DNA from: an uncultured Acidobacteriota bacterium
Lineage (GTDB): Bacteria > Acidobacteriota > Terriglobia > UBA7540
Length of the DNA: 64,000 nt
NCBI GenBank assembly: GCA_963804995.1
Contig: CAWDSK010000006.1
Location: forward strand, 128,001-192,000
Direction: 5' to 3'
Shown here: positions 1-11,242 of the stretch, one piece after another
Numbering within the stretch: the stretch's first letter is position 1
Layout of the letters: the number at the start of each line of letters is the position of its first letter
The notes under the pieces: model-generated
What the model saw: only the letters and a program-made list of their open reading frames with translations
The model's database searches: none
Told to the model about the DNA's origin: nothing
Translations under genes and position numbers: made by a program

Positions 1-936
1 AAAAGCCTTGATGCGGAGGTGCTGTTTGATCCAGCGAAAGAACAGTTCCACCTGCCAGCGTACCCGATAGAGTTGGGCGATGAGCAAGGGAAGCAGGGAA
101 AAGTTGTTGGTCAGGAAGGTCAGCCGCGAGTCTTTTTCGGCATCGTAGAAGACGATGCGACGAAGTTGATCGGGATAGCGTTGCGCCGTGCGGATGCCGG
201 TGAGGCGAATGATTTGGTCGCAGCGCAGGCCGCTGGAGCGATCGACCGGGCGCGAGGTGCGCAGGTAGAACTGCAAGTTCTTTTTGGCGCGCGTAACGAA
301 AAAGGCGCAGGCTTGCGTGAACAGATAGAGACGCGCGAAGTCCACATAACCGCGGTCGAGCAAGTAAAGCGCTCCCGGTTCCAGGAACAGTTCGTTGAGA
401 AGGTTGACATCGTGCACCTGCCCGCCGGTCACATAAACACTGGTCGGAATGCTGCCGCGCACGTCCAACAGGGTATGTAGTTTGACCGCACTTTTGTGCC
501 GGCGGAACTTTCCCCAAGGGAAGAGCGACAAGCACAAATCGATGGTGGTCGAGTCGAAGGCATACACGGTCTCGGACAAGTCCACGCCGAAAGATTCCTC
601 GCGGTAAAGATCGCGCGCGAGGTGAATCAACGCTTGCGCGAAGTCGCGGTAGATGCGCCAGTCGCGAACCTCGTTGGCGTGCGCCAGCGTGTTGCGCGAA
701 ACTTGTCCGCGAAAACCCATATGATAAAGTTTGGAGGGCTGGGCGCGCAGACAAGCTTCGATATCGCGCAAGCTGCGGCGATAAGTGAGTTGAGCGAACA
801 GCAAGCAAAGGAACTGGTCCCAACAAGAGAAGTCCTTCACGTAACGATTGCCCTGGTAGCGATCGACGCAAATCTCGAACTGGTAGGTCGGGAGAAAATC
901 CAAAAGTTGCGAGAAAACACTGCGACCAACATTCAT
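1..936 (-). CDS. IS4-family transposase (DUF4372 + DDE type), truncated by window edge
   Basis: Manual translation of the minus frame from ATG at 936: MNVGRSVFSQLLDFLP...FSCWDQFLCLLFAQLTYRRSLRDIEACL...YAFDSTTIDL...VKLHTLLD...HDVN...LLDRGYVDF...FLTNNF...LYRVRWQVELFFRWIKQHLRIKAF. GGAGG RBS upstream. Absent from the ORF track because it has no stop in the window. Confidence 0.95.
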   Translation of the reverse strand, partial: MNVGRSVFSQLLDFLPTYQFEICVDRYQGNRYVKDFSCWDQFLCLLFAQLTYRRSLRDIEACLRAQPSKLYHMGFRGQVSRNTLAHANEVRDWRIYRDFAQALIHLARDLYREESFGVDLSETVYAFDSTTIDLCLSLFPWGKFRRHKSAVKLHTLLDVRGSIPTSVYVTGGQVHDVNLLNELFLEPGALYLLDRGYVDFARLYLFTQACAFFVTRAKKNLQFYLRTSRPVDRSSGLRCDQIIRLTGIRTAQRYPDQLRRIVFYDAEKDSRLTFLTNNFSLLPLLIAQLYRVRWQVELFFRWIKQHLRIKAF

Positions 937-1084
937 CTGCTGCCTCCGGCTTGGGCTGGGACACAACAGAATGATGCCAAAAGAGCCGCAGAAAATTGAA
1001 ATCGAAAAGTAACATCCCGACCTCTTACTTCTTTTCGATCAAGCAGTTACGGCGATGCGCCCCAACTTTCTTGGGACAGCACTG
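1..1084 (-). mobile_element. IS4-family insertion sequence, left part
   Basis: Transposase above plus putative terminal repeat CAGTGCTGTCCCAAGAAAG (minus strand, starting at 1084), resembling ends of DUF4372-type IS4 elements. The other end is outside the window. Confidence 0.75.
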
Positions 1085-1147
1085 GCATATCTCAGATTTT
1101 AAATGAATCCCCGGCGCGCCGAGTCAGCTATAGCGCGGGCGGGCCCG

Positions 1148-1588
1148 TCATTTTTCGATGCGCCGATAAACTTCAGTACTGCCAACGACATTGATGCCGG
1201 CAGATTGCAGTCGCGCAATGGCCGCATCGGGATTATCGAACCGGAAGATCAAGACCGCCGTGTCGCCGCGGCCGAACGTGAACGCGTACATGTACTCGAT
1301 GTTGATGCCGGTCTCCTCGAAGCCGCCCAGCACTTCCGCCAGACCACCGGGCCGGTCGGGCACCTCCACGGCGACTACTTCCGTGACGTTGACGACGTAG
1401 CCTGCTTCCTGAAGAAGGCGGGCACCCTTCTCCCAATCGGAAACGATGAGGCGGAGAATTCCGAAGCGCTCCGTATCAGCCAAAGTCAGGGTCCGGATAT
1501 CGATACCTGCTTGGGCAAGAAGGCGACAAGGTTCCGTCAACTGGCTCGGCTTGTTCTCCAGGAAAAGCGAAAGCTGATGAATCTTCAT
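1148..1588 (-). CDS. ACT-domain amino-acid-binding protein
   Basis: MKIHQLSLFLENKP...IRTLTLADTERFGILRLIV...PDRPGGL...INIEYMYAF; tandem ACT protein typically found beside paaK. Confidence 0.9.
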   Translation of the reverse strand: MKIHQLSLFLENKPSQLTEPCRLLAQAGIDIRTLTLADTERFGILRLIVSDWEKGARLLQEAGYVVNVTEVVAVEVPDRPGGLAEVLGGFEETGINIEYMYAFTFGRGDTAVLIFRFDNPDAAIARLQSAGINVVGSTEVYRRIEK

Positions 1589-1749
1589 GGGCACCCCCTG
1601 CTTGGGCTATTGCCTCGTTCACCGCAGAGGCGCGGAGGCGCAGAGGTCTGAAAACAAGGATTCATTTCTCTGCGTCTCAGCGCCTCAGCGGTGACAGTTG
1701 CATTTGCTCCCACCTTCTTACCCAACCCAGTATCTGCCTGGCCCGCAAT

Positions 1750-3087
1750 CTACTTGTCAAGATTTCTTCGATCAATGACCCTTTGCGCCTTTCCCTCGCT
1801 GCGCTTAAGTGTCTGCGGAGCCACCAGCCGGACCTCCACTCGCAGTCCGAGCGTCTGATTCAAAGACTGAGCAAGCTTGTTGTACAGTTTTTCCATCGCT
1901 CCAACCTTGTCGCTGAAAGCCGCCGGAGTAACTTCAACGTGAACCTCCATCTGATCCAACCCTTCCTCGCGCGTCAGGATGATCTGATAGTGAGGGAGCG
2001 CGCCTTCCACGGCCAGCAGGGCGGATTCGACCTGGGAGGGGAACACGTTGACGCCACGAATGATGAACATGTCATCGCTGCGGCGGCTGATTCGTTTAAT
2101 GCGGCGGAGGGTTCGACCGCAGGGACATGAGCCCGGCACGAAGGCACTGATGTCACGGGTGCGATAACGAAGCATGGGCATGGCGTGCTTGCTCAAGGTC
2201 GTCACCACCAACTCCCCTTCCTCTCCCTCCGGAACCGGCTGTTCGGAGTCCGGGTCAATAATTTCCGGATAGAAGTGATCCTCAAAGATATGCAAGCCTG
2301 CCTGGCAACGGCACTCACTCCCCACACCCGGGCCGGTAATCTCCGAGAGCCCGTAAATATCATAGGCCTTGATGCCGCTCGCCGTTTCGATGTGGCGGCG
2401 CAGCGAGTCGCTCCAGGGCTCGGCGCCGAAGACTCCCACCCGCAGGGACAGTTCCCGCACATCGACTCCCATCTCCGAGGCGCGGTCGAGCAAATGAAGA
2501 AAGTAGGTCGGCGTGCAGCAGATGGCCGTCACGTTGAAATCTTTCATGACCATGATCTGTCGATCGCTGTTCCCGCCGGAAATGGGAATCACGGTCGCAC
2601 CCAGCGCCTCGGCGCCGTAATGGGCCCCCAGCCCTCCGGTGAACAGGCCGTAGCCATAAGCGTTCTGAATGATATCGCCGCACCCCAGCCCGCACGCCGA
2701 AAGCGTCCTCACCATTGCGTCGGTCCAGACGGCGAGGTCGTGCTGGGTGTAGGCAACTACAATTGGCTTGCCGGTCGTTCCACTGGAGGCATGCAACCGG
2801 ACCACATCCTGCAAGGGGCTGGCGAACAGGCCGAAGGGGTAAGTATCACGCAAGTCCGCCTTCATCGTGAAAGGTAAGCGGGTCACGTCGTCCAATGTCC
2901 GCATATCTTCCGGCCGGACGTTTCGCTCATCCATGCGTTGGCGATAGAGTTCAACGTGCAGGTAAGCACGACGAACGGTACTCCGCAACCGGCCCAACTG
3001 CAGGTCTCGCATTTGCGGTACCTGCATGTAATCCGGTGCGCTGGCGGGATGAATGTCCAACAAGGAGTCTTCAGTGGGGCCGGTCAT
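1750..3087 (-). CDS. paaK: Phenylacetate-CoA ligase
   Basis: RLHASSGTTGKP, YGYGLFTGGLG, DIYGLSEI, YRTRD, RSDDMFIIRGVNVFPSQ, EGKAQRVID motifs. Confidence 0.95.
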   Translation of the reverse strand: MTGPTEDSLLDIHPASAPDYMQVPQMRDLQLGRLRSTVRRAYLHVELYRQRMDERNVRPEDMRTLDDVTRLPFTMKADLRDTYPFGLFASPLQDVVRLHASSGTTGKPIVVAYTQHDLAVWTDAMVRTLSACGLGCGDIIQNAYGYGLFTGGLGAHYGAEALGATVIPISGGNSDRQIMVMKDFNVTAICCTPTYFLHLLDRASEMGVDVRELSLRVGVFGAEPWSDSLRRHIETASGIKAYDIYGLSEITGPGVGSECRCQAGLHIFEDHFYPEIIDPDSEQPVPEGEEGELVVTTLSKHAMPMLRYRTRDISAFVPGSCPCGRTLRRIKRISRRSDDMFIIRGVNVFPSQVESALLAVEGALPHYQIILTREEGLDQMEVHVEVTPAAFSDKVGAMEKLYNKLAQSLNQTLGLRVEVRLVAPQTLKRSEGKAQRVIDRRNLDK

Positions 3088-3593
3088 GGGTTGGGTACGC
3101 TCGAGTCAGTTTGGGCTGCGGCGCGTCCAATAGCGAGCGCCTGCAGATTCGCGGCATGCAGCTTCGGCGCCAGATTCAGGCGGATAGCGTCCAGCCAGAT
3201 AGATTCAGGAAAAGGGAGGCTCACGCTTAGCCAGCCGAGTAGCGCCACGTTGAGGCTTCGCTTATCACGCAAGGTGTTCTCTGGAATCGCGTCCGGTGCA
3301 ATCAACTTACCACCCTGCCGCAATTGCCAACGATTGGGCTCTACCTGATCGGGCGAGAGGACCACCAGATAGTCTGCCTCTCCGAAGGGCACCATGGGGC
3401 TGTAAACCTTTTCACCAAAGCGAACGTCGCTCGTAACGGAGCCACCACGCTGGCTCATGCCGTGGATTTCGCTCTTCTTCACGTCGAGTCCGGCACGGAA
3501 TGCCACGTCGGCGACGATATCGGATGCCTTAAGCACTCCTTGTCCACCCAGGCCGGCAATCACGATGTTGGTCACCTTAGTCCTGTTGCTCAA
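3084..3593 (-). CDS. iorB: Indolepyruvate:ferredoxin oxidoreductase beta subunit
   Basis: NIVIAGLGGQG, KKSEIHGMSQRGGSV motifs. Start probably TTG at 3593 (or GTG at 3575), overlapping the iorA stop. Confidence 0.9.
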   Translation of the reverse strand: MSNRTKVTNIVIAGLGGQGVLKASDIVADVAFRAGLDVKKSEIHGMSQRGGSVTSDVRFGEKVYSPMVPFGEADYLVVLSPDQVEPNRWQLRQGGKLIAPDAIPENTLRDKRSLNVALLGWLSVSLPFPESIWLDAIRLNLAPKLHAANLQALAIGRAAAQTDSSVPNP

Positions 3594-5208
3594 TGCAGTT
3601 CTCCGATATCTCGTCGCGGGCTGCGGATCGTTCATACGCCTTAATGCTGCCCGCCGCCAGCAGGCAGTTGCGGCGCGCCACAATGACTGTAAGATCTCCA
3701 CGGGCAAGGCTCGCAGCTATCAGCTCCTGGAAGGCGGCAGGATTGGCCGTCGGATCAGTCACGTGCACAGTGTCAATCCCGAGTGACCGCACCAAATCTT
3801 CGATGACGACTTTGCCCGTGGGCTGGTGTTCAAGGGTCCGGCCCGTACCCGGATGCTCCTGCATACCGGTCATGGCTGTCGTCCCGTTGTCGAGGATAAT
3901 AACCACATGACCGGTCTTTGGCGGGTTGTAAACCATCTCGACCAGGCCCGTGATCCCGCTGTGGATGAAGGTGCTGTCACCTATAGTACCAACGACACGA
4001 CGGGCTTGCTCCGGCGGCAAGGCATGCCTTAAACCCAGCCCCACGCCGATGCTCGCCCCCATGCAGACGCAAGTGTCGCAGGCCTCGAAGGGCGGCAGCA
4101 CCGCCAGCGTGTAACAACCGATATCACTTGCCACGATGCAATCCAGGTTGCGCAGGGCGCTGAAAACTGAACGGTGAGGACAACCCTGACACAATTGGGG
4201 CGGCTTTCCCGGTGGAGGAACCGGCTCTTGCGAAGTGTCGGCAGCGAGAATGCGCTTGACCCGATCCACATTCAATTCGCCGAAACGATACTCTTCCGGC
4301 TTTCCTTGGACTGCCAGGCCAGCCGCGCGACAGGCGTCCAGCAAGTAGGGATCTCCCTCTTCAATCACCACGCAGCGGGACACGCTCCCGACAAAGCGGC
4401 GAATGGTTTCCAACGGGACGGGATAGCTCATGCCCAGCTTCAGCACCGCAGCATCGGGCGCCGCCTCGCGGGCGTGCATAAAGGCGATTCCTGAAGTAAT
4501 GATCCCCAGGGACCGGTCGCCGTCGGTTTCCCGGTTCGGCCCGTCGGCTTCGTTCCATTCCAGAATGCGCGCGAGCTTTTCACGGAGCCGATGATGAGCA
4601 GGCCGGGCGTATGCGGGGATCATCACCCGTCCTTTGATGTCGCGGACGAAGGTGGCCGGGGCACTCGATGGCGCCAAGGCTCCCGCAGGGCAGACGACCG
4701 TCTTGGAATGACACACGCGGGTCGTCAGCCGAAGGAGCACAGGGATTCCCCAGCGTTCAGAGATGCGAACGGCCAGCAGAGTGAAGTCGTAGGCTTCCTG
4801 GGAGTCCGCGGGCTCCAGCATCGGCACTCCCGCCGCTACGGCGTAGCGGCGATTGTCCTGTTCATTCTGGCTTGAGGCCATGCCGGGATCGTCCGCCGAA
4901 ACCACCACTAGAGCGCCGGTGACGCCCGTGTAGGTGGCCGTGAAAAGCGGGTCAGCGGCCACGTTCAGTCCGACGTGCTTCATGGTGACGAGGGCGCGGG
5001 CATTGGTATAAGCAACCCCCAGCCCCACCTCAAGGGCGACCTTCTCGTTGGGTGCCCATTGGGCGCGGCCTCCCAGGCGGGAAAAACTTTCCAGAATTTC
5101 CGTGGAGGGCGTTCCGGGATACCCTGTGCCCAGAGTGATATCACCAGCGCGGGCAGCCAGAGCCACCGCCTCGTTCCCACTCAATAACAGCCGATCCGGT
5201 CCACTCAT
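3577..5208 (-). CDS. iorA: Indolepyruvate:ferredoxin oxidoreductase alpha subunit (short form)
   Basis: LSGNEA, GYPGTPSTEI, NEKVALE, MKHVGLNVAAD, SSQNEQD, CQGCPH, DIGCY and TPP-binding GDSTF...DN motifs. Confidence 0.93.
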   Translation of the reverse strand: MSGPDRLLLSGNEAVALAARAGDITLGTGYPGTPSTEILESFSRLGGRAQWAPNEKVALEVGLGVAYTNARALVTMKHVGLNVAADPLFTATYTGVTGALVVVSADDPGMASSQNEQDNRRYAVAAGVPMLEPADSQEAYDFTLLAVRISERWGIPVLLRLTTRVCHSKTVVCPAGALAPSSAPATFVRDIKGRVMIPAYARPAHHRLREKLARILEWNEADGPNRETDGDRSLGIITSGIAFMHAREAAPDAAVLKLGMSYPVPLETIRRFVGSVSRCVVIEEGDPYLLDACRAAGLAVQGKPEEYRFGELNVDRVKRILAADTSQEPVPPPGKPPQLCQGCPHRSVFSALRNLDCIVASDIGCYTLAVLPPFEACDTCVCMGASIGVGLGLRHALPPEQARRVVGTIGDSTFIHSGITGLVEMVYNPPKTGHVVIILDNGTTAMTGMQEHPGTGRTLEHQPTGKVVIEDLVRSLGIDTVHVTDPTANPAAFQELIAASLARGDLTVIVARRNCLLAAGSIKAYERSAARDEISENCIEQQD

Positions 5209-5723
5209 CTACAGCCTCATGATCGCTTTCCCTCCCAAGCCTTGCTCGCAAACAAACGGGCCCCCGCTTCTCCGCAAACCATGACGCCTACTGGTGAGAC
5301 TTGAGTGAGAGCAGGCCTAAGGAAGCGCAATAGGCAGCCAACAAAACGGATGATTCTAACCTTGCTGGCGAGCTTAATCAATTTATATGATTCGGCAAAT
5401 TTCCTTCGCTGAAACGCGATGCGGAACTTAGGGCAGCGGAGCCGTCTATACAAAGTCAGAGGGCAAAAAACGCGTGAAGGTGGGAAAGTTGGTGGGACAA
5501 GGGCCGCTATGGCCCGCGGAGAGCAACATGTGGGACAGTCCCACATTGACAAATTGTCTCCGGCCTGCGGAATTGGAATAGGCAACCAAGCGATGCCGAT
5601 TCCGTCGACCCGCTGCCACACCACATGTCCTCCGCCAGCGGTTTAGCGGAGGGCCCCCACGCTCCGGAAGTTTTCCTGTTACCTCTTCGTGCCGATTGCA
5701 TTTATGCAGATGAGGTAAGGGAA

Positions 5724-6290
5724 ATGCGTGTGAACTCGCGGGTCCAAAAAATCTGGTTGCGGCTGCTCGGTGCTGGCGATCCTTCCCAGGCCACGCGCAT
5801 CGAGACGATTGAAGAGGGCTACTACGCGGTGGTGCACAAGGCCCTCAAACGAACCAGATGCCATGTCAGGCGCGAGCATGAGGATTTTCTGGCGGTTAAA
5901 CCCTTCCTTCCCAATCTCAACCACACCCGGGCGGTTTACCTGAATCAGAAAGGCAATTGTGGGCTGGCAAAGAAAGATCGTTGGCTTGACTGGGCGGGCC
6001 AGTTCAGTGAACAAGTCGAGCAAGGCGCGCGCCATGCGTTCGCGATCGTAGACGTGAAGATTTTTGCCCAGAAAATTTCCACCGCTCTCCGAGCGCCGGG
6101 TTGGAAAGTTGATCATGTGGAAGACAGTCTTCGCGTTAACGATGGGCGATTTATAGAGAGCGTTAGCCTGCTCCGCGCCATCGTGCGAATGGTTCTTTCC
6201 CGTAGCACCTTCGCCCAGGCCGCCCGGTCGCTAAGGACCGAAGTGCGCAAGCGCTTCTGGTTGGCCGCCCAGTTACGCTCACCGTTTTGA
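5724..6290 (+). CDS. Hypothetical protein
   Basis: Open frame with GAGG..AGGG RBS-like sequence before ATG 5724; no recognisable motif. Confidence 0.45.
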   Translation: MRVNSRVQKIWLRLLGAGDPSQATRIETIEEGYYAVVHKALKRTRCHVRREHEDFLAVKPFLPNLNHTRAVYLNQKGNCGLAKKDRWLDWAGQFSEQVEQGARHAFAIVDVKIFAQKISTALRAPGWKVDHVEDSLRVNDGRFIESVSLLRAIVRMVLSRSTFAQAARSLRTEVRKRFWLAAQLRSPF

Positions 6291-6406
6291 TCCGATCTTT
6301 CAGGGGCTCGCGATTTCACTGATGGCGGGCGAGGTGGCCTCCACATTCCTTTCGCGCATGGCGGTGCCTGTGCTCTATTACCTGAACGCGCGGAGCGAAG
6401 AAAACA

Positions 6407-6480
6407 GTGGTTAGTGGCTAGTGGTTAGTGGTTAGTGGTTGGAGGGTGGTTGCTAGCCACTTGCCACTAACCACTGATCA
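6407..6480. repeat. Heptamer tandem repeat hairpin (GTGGTTA)n ... (TAACCAC)n
   Basis: gtggtta gtggcta gtggtta gtggtta gtggtt followed by inverted copies tagccac, tgccac, taaccac. Confidence 0.85.
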
Positions 6481-6494
6481 TAGGAGGAAACATC

Positions 6495-6683
6495 ATGGAT
6501 GTGAATCGATGGTTACGGATTGTGGCAGGAGCCTTTGTTCTGGCTTCCCTGGCCTTGGGTTACTGGGTAAGCCCGAAATGGTATCTCATTACCGCTTTCG
6601 TGGGACTCAATCTGCTCCATTCGGCGTTTACGAACTGGTGCCCGATGATGACTATCCTGCGTAAGCTCGGCGTGAAGCCTTAA
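6495..6683 (+). CDS. DUF2892 / YgaP-like small membrane protein
   Basis: AGGAGG RBS; R..AG, two TM segments, FVGLNLL.SAFTNWCPM signature. Confidence 0.9.
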   Translation: MDVNRWLRIVAGAFVLASLALGYWVSPKWYLITAFVGLNLLHSAFTNWCPMMTILRKLGVKP

Positions 6684-6857
6684 AGATTCAACGAAGGGGC
6701 TGAAGCCCCACCCTTCCAATTCGGTGGCGAGAATCCCGGCAAGCCTCAGGAGATGATGCGCCCAGAATCGGCAAGCAGCGTGAGCCGTACACTCCGCACT
6801 GTGCTAAAGTTCCATTGATGAGACTGCTCAGCTTGACCCTGACGCTGAGGAGGAAGC

Positions 6858-8815
6858 ATGAAGGCGAGGCCGAGAAATTCCCGAGCCCCAAAGAAATCCA
6901 TAGAGAATCAAACGCCGACCGGGAAGGTGGCCGCCGAAACCAGCGACCGCGCTTTGGGCATGAACGCGCGGATCTGCCGGCGCGATTTTCTGAACTCTAC
7001 TCTGCTCGCTTCCGGAAGCGTGTTGCTGGAATCGCTGACCCCCTCGAGCTCCTGGCACAGCAGCCGGGTTGGGGAGGATATACGGGGGAGGGCGATTACG
7101 CCGTGGCAAACGGAAACACGCAGGAAGTGATGCTCGCCGCGCATGCGGTGCGCGATGGCGTTTTCGATTCTCCCTCCGCGCCCGGGGCGGACACAGGCGA
7201 GGTCTTCGACCTGGTGATCGTGGGAGGAGGGTTCAGCGGTCTGGCTTCCGCGCTGTACTTTAAAGACCACGCCTCAGCCAAGCAGACGTGTCTGGTGCTT
7301 GAAAACCATCCCATCTTCGGCGGCCAGGCGCGGCGGAACGAATTCGTTGTGGATGGTCACCGCCTGATGGCGCCGCAAGGCTCAAACATGTGTTCGGCTC
7401 GGGGACGCGGGGTGGTTGGAGATCTCTACGGGCGCATCGGCGTCGATCCCGGCGAGTTCAAATATCAGGAGTGGAGCGGCCCTTCCCCCGCGATGCCCTT
7501 GAGCCACAACAGCTATACCCACTTCCGGACGTTGCCTTCGCCCCCCAACTTCGGCTTTTGGTTCGGGCCGAAGTTTGGCCAGAATCCGGGAAAGTGGATC
7601 GTTGATCCCTGGAATAATCTGCAGAGTCTTCCCCTCTCCCCCCAACTGCGGTCCGATTTCGCGAAGTATATCAAGCTGGTCATCGAGCGCCACCGAACAC
7701 AGGAGCATGAAACGGAAGAGGAACTGCGCCGCCTCGACAGCCTCACCATGGAGGTGGCCGCGGAGCGCTACGGCCTGAGCCGCGAGTTTATCCGTCTGTT
7801 TATGGGTTCCCATATCGCCGCCGGCTATGGCGTCGGACCTGATGCCATCACCGCTTCCGAGTACTCACTGATCTTTGGCATGCGCGGCCCCGACGACAGT
7901 CAGCACAGCTTCCCCGGCGGCAACACGGGTTTGATACGGCACCTCATGAAGACCCTCATCCCGGATGTGATCCCCGGGCCTCGCACCTACGAGGCGGTTT
8001 GCCGCAACCGCATCAACTTTGCCACCTTGGATCGCCCTGTGAATCAGGTGCGCATCCGCCTGCGCTCAACGGTCGTCAGAGTTGAGCATGAAGGAGAGCC
8101 GGAGAAAGCTTCCTACGTCCGCGTGACTTACACGCGCGACGGCAAGATCTATCGTCTGAAGGCTCGTGCGGTGATCATGGCGGGAGGCGGCTGGATCACC
8201 AAGCATGTGGTGCGGGACCTGCCCGCTACGCATCGCGAGGCCTATGACCAATTCAACTATAATGCGACCTTGGTGGCCAATGTGGCCGTGCGCAACTGGC
8301 GGTTTCTCCACAAACTGGGCCTTTCCGGCGGACGCTGGTTCGAGGGCTTCGGCTATTGGACGGAAGTGCGCACCATCGCCACGTTTGGCGCCGACTCGCC
8401 CACTATCGGGCCTGACTCTCCCACCGTTCTCTCCCTCATCGTGCCGTTTTTTTATCCGGGCTTGCCGCTGGCCGAACAGTGCAGCAAAGGTCGCGCGGAG
8501 TTGCTCTCCACTTCCTTTCGCGATTACGAGCGGAAAATCCGCGAGCAGTTTACCGACATGTTTGCAAGTTCCGGATTCGACGCGCGGCAGGATATCGCCG
8601 GGATCATCCTGAACCGCTGGGGACATCATTACATTGTTCCCCAACCGGGATTCAAATATGGCGAAGACGGCAAACCCGCACCGCGTGAAACTCTGCGCCG
8701 CGCCCCCTTTGGCAGGATTGCCTTTGCCAACACGGACGTGGCCGCAGTTTCGGGACACGTCACGGCCATCGAAGAGGCTCATCGCGCCTTCATGCAGATC
8801 CTGCCTCTCCTATGA
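6858..8815 (+). CDS. Tat-exported FAD-dependent oxidoreductase (spermidine dehydrogenase-like), 1-bp frameshift near 7040
   Basis: N-terminus DRALGMNARICRRDFLN in the 6858 frame joins LELLAQQ...FDLVIVGGGFSGLASA...LENHPIFGGQARRNEF...FPGGN...LNRWGH in the 6815 frame at a C-run. Confidence 0.8.
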
Positions 8816-8966
8816 ATACGCGAAGGTGCGCCGACACTATGATTGGCTGGGATTGGCCGACCGCACCCGCATCGAGTACTCTAACGGGCCGCACGCCATT
8901 CATGGGGTGGGGACAGTCGATTTCCTCCATCACTTTCTGAATTGGGGCGAGCCGTTCCACTGGTAG
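8812..8966 (+). pseudogene. C-terminal fragment of an alpha/beta-hydrolase (dienelactone-hydrolase-like)
   Basis: YEYAKVRRHYDWLGLADRTRIEYSNGPHAIHGVGTVDFLHHFLNW has no start of its own and begins at the stop of the preceding gene; family recognised from memory. Confidence 0.55.
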
Positions 8967-9027
8967 CGGACATTCCTAATCGAGGCGGAAGTGGACAAGC
9001 GCCGTCCAGATAATAGGGAGGTGAGCA

Positions 9028-11140
9028 ATGCAACGTCGAAGATTCCTAAAAGCGGGTATAGCGACGTGTGGAGCAGGGTTCCTGAACATTGAAGGCTCGG
9101 GGTCGGACACTCTCAAACACGGGGTCCCTACCCCAACGTTGGCCGCGACTACAGAGAGTTGGGGTGAGAGCATGTCCCTGCGCGGCTATCTCTCGCGCGA
9201 GGCGGCTCGAATTACCCGTGGAGCTTTATCCGCCTACAAAACCCCGGCTGCGTGGCGGCAGGCGCTGCCGGAGCGCCGCCGGCAGTATATGGAAATGATG
9301 GGGTTGGATGATTTGCCGCCCTATGGCCAACGGCCGCCGCTCAACGTGACGGTCACAGGCGTGGTAGAACGCCCGAAGTATCGCATCGAGAAACTGTATT
9401 ACGAGAGCGTGCCCCAGCTCTTTGTGACGGCGAATCTCTACATCCCTAGTTCTCTAAGCTCTCCTGCCCCCGCCGTTCTCTATGTGTGTGGTCATGCCGA
9501 GAAACAAAAGACCCACTACCAGGCTCACGCGCGTCGTTTCGCGGAGTTAGGGTTCGTGTGCCTCCTCATTGAAACACTGGAAGGAGAGGAGACCCAAGGA
9601 TACCACCACGGCATCTATGAGCGGGGTTGGTTCCATTGGATTAGCCGGGGATACACTCCGGCAGGGGTTGAGATGTTGAATGGTATTCGGGGGGTTGACC
9701 TTCTCGTCCAGCGGCCTGAAGTCGACCCGAAGCGGTTGGGCGTAACGGGAATATCCGGCGGTGGCTCCTACAGTTGGTGGGTAGGAGCAGGAGATGAGCG
9801 GATTAAGATCGTTGCCCCGGTATGTGGAACTTCGACTTTGTTATCGTACGTCTATGACCGCACCCTCGACAGCAACTGTGACTGCCAGTGGTGGATCAAC
9901 AGCTATAAGTGGGACATGGCGGATGTCGGGGCGCTGATTGCCCCTCGCCCGCTCCTGATCGTTGATTCCGACCACGACATTCATTTCACGGTTGCCTCCA
10001 CGCGCGCCGTCCACCAGCAACTCAAACCGCTTTATTCCCTGTTGGGAGCTCCCGAGAACCTCGGCCGGGTGGATGCCTCTGGTGCCCACGGTTATTACCC
10101 GCTCTCTCGAACCAGCATATTCTCGTGGTTCGTAAAGCACCTGCAGGGGAAGAATATTCCGCCCGAGGAGATTGGTGACGTGGATGAACGTCCGGAGTCC
10201 CAGGAATCCGAGGAGACCTTGCGGGTGCATAGCAACGGCCAACCCGCCGGAAGCCGGGTGCAGACCATCCAGGACAATTTCATCAAGCTGGCCGAGCCGC
10301 CGCAGATTGCAGATGGGGACGGATTGAAACATACACGGCAAAGCGTGATCGCAGGATTGCGCCGGAAGAGTTTCGCCGCTTTCCCGCCCACACCGCTGCC
10401 CCTCAGTCTGCACATCGAACATGAATTCGAAGAAGAGCGTGGCAAGGGGGCAATCTTCCACTTTGCCTCGGAGGAAGGCTGGAGACTGCGGGGCACCCTG
10501 CACGTTGCAAGCGCAGTTACTAAACCCGCTCCAGCGGTGGTCGGACTGTGCTCCCCCGGGGACAAGTCCGAGAACGCTGACTGGCGGGGAGGAGCCATGG
10601 AGGAGTTCCTAAGACCTCTCCAAGCGCCGTGGGCGAAGGTTTCGCTTGAGCTGCGCGGAACGGGGGAAAGCGCGTGGGGCGAGACGCTTCAATGGCACCT
10701 TCGGCGCGCCGGAGCCTGGACGGGAAGGACCCTGGCGAGTATGTGGGTTTATGACACCTTGCGCGGCGCTCGCCTGCGTGCGCGAGCTCCCCCAGGTGGA
10801 TGGCCGGCAAATCGCTCTGGCCGCGCGGGGTCAGTTGGCCGTCGTCGCTCTGTACGCTGCTTTGCTCGACGGTCATGTCAACACGCTGTTCTTGGAAACT
10901 CCTCCGGCGACCCAGAATGCACCGAGTCAACCGGATGGCCGGGGTGACGCGGTGGAGATGCTCGGGTGCCTGCGCGTCACCGACTTGCCGCAGGTGGCGG
11001 GATTGCTTTATCCCTCGGAACTGGTGTTTATCGGCGAGTGCCCATCCACATACGATTGGGCCCAGGACCTCTATCAAAAGCTGGGGGCGGCAGAGCGATT
11101 CCGGCGGGTCAGTAAGCTGGAGGATTGGCGGCCAAGCTGA
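9028..11140 (+). CDS. Tat-exported double alpha/beta-hydrolase (acetylxylan esterase-like), frameshift near 10770
   Basis: RRRFLK signal, VTANLYIP, CGH, GVTGISGGG nucleophile motif, ALIAPRPLL; C-terminus continues in the 10646..11140 frame. Confidence 0.8.
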
Positions 11141-11242
11141 GGAATAGGACCTGCAGCTAACCATGCTCGATCCGTAGGAAGGGGGTTAGTACATCCCGAA
11201 ATACTGGTGGTGATGAAAAACTCATTCCACTGACTATTAGGA

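Noticed and set aside
19..999. Plus-strand ORFs 19..480 and 496..999
   Set aside because: In-register antisense shadow of the IS4 transposase; the TAG between them is a Leu codon on the coding strand.
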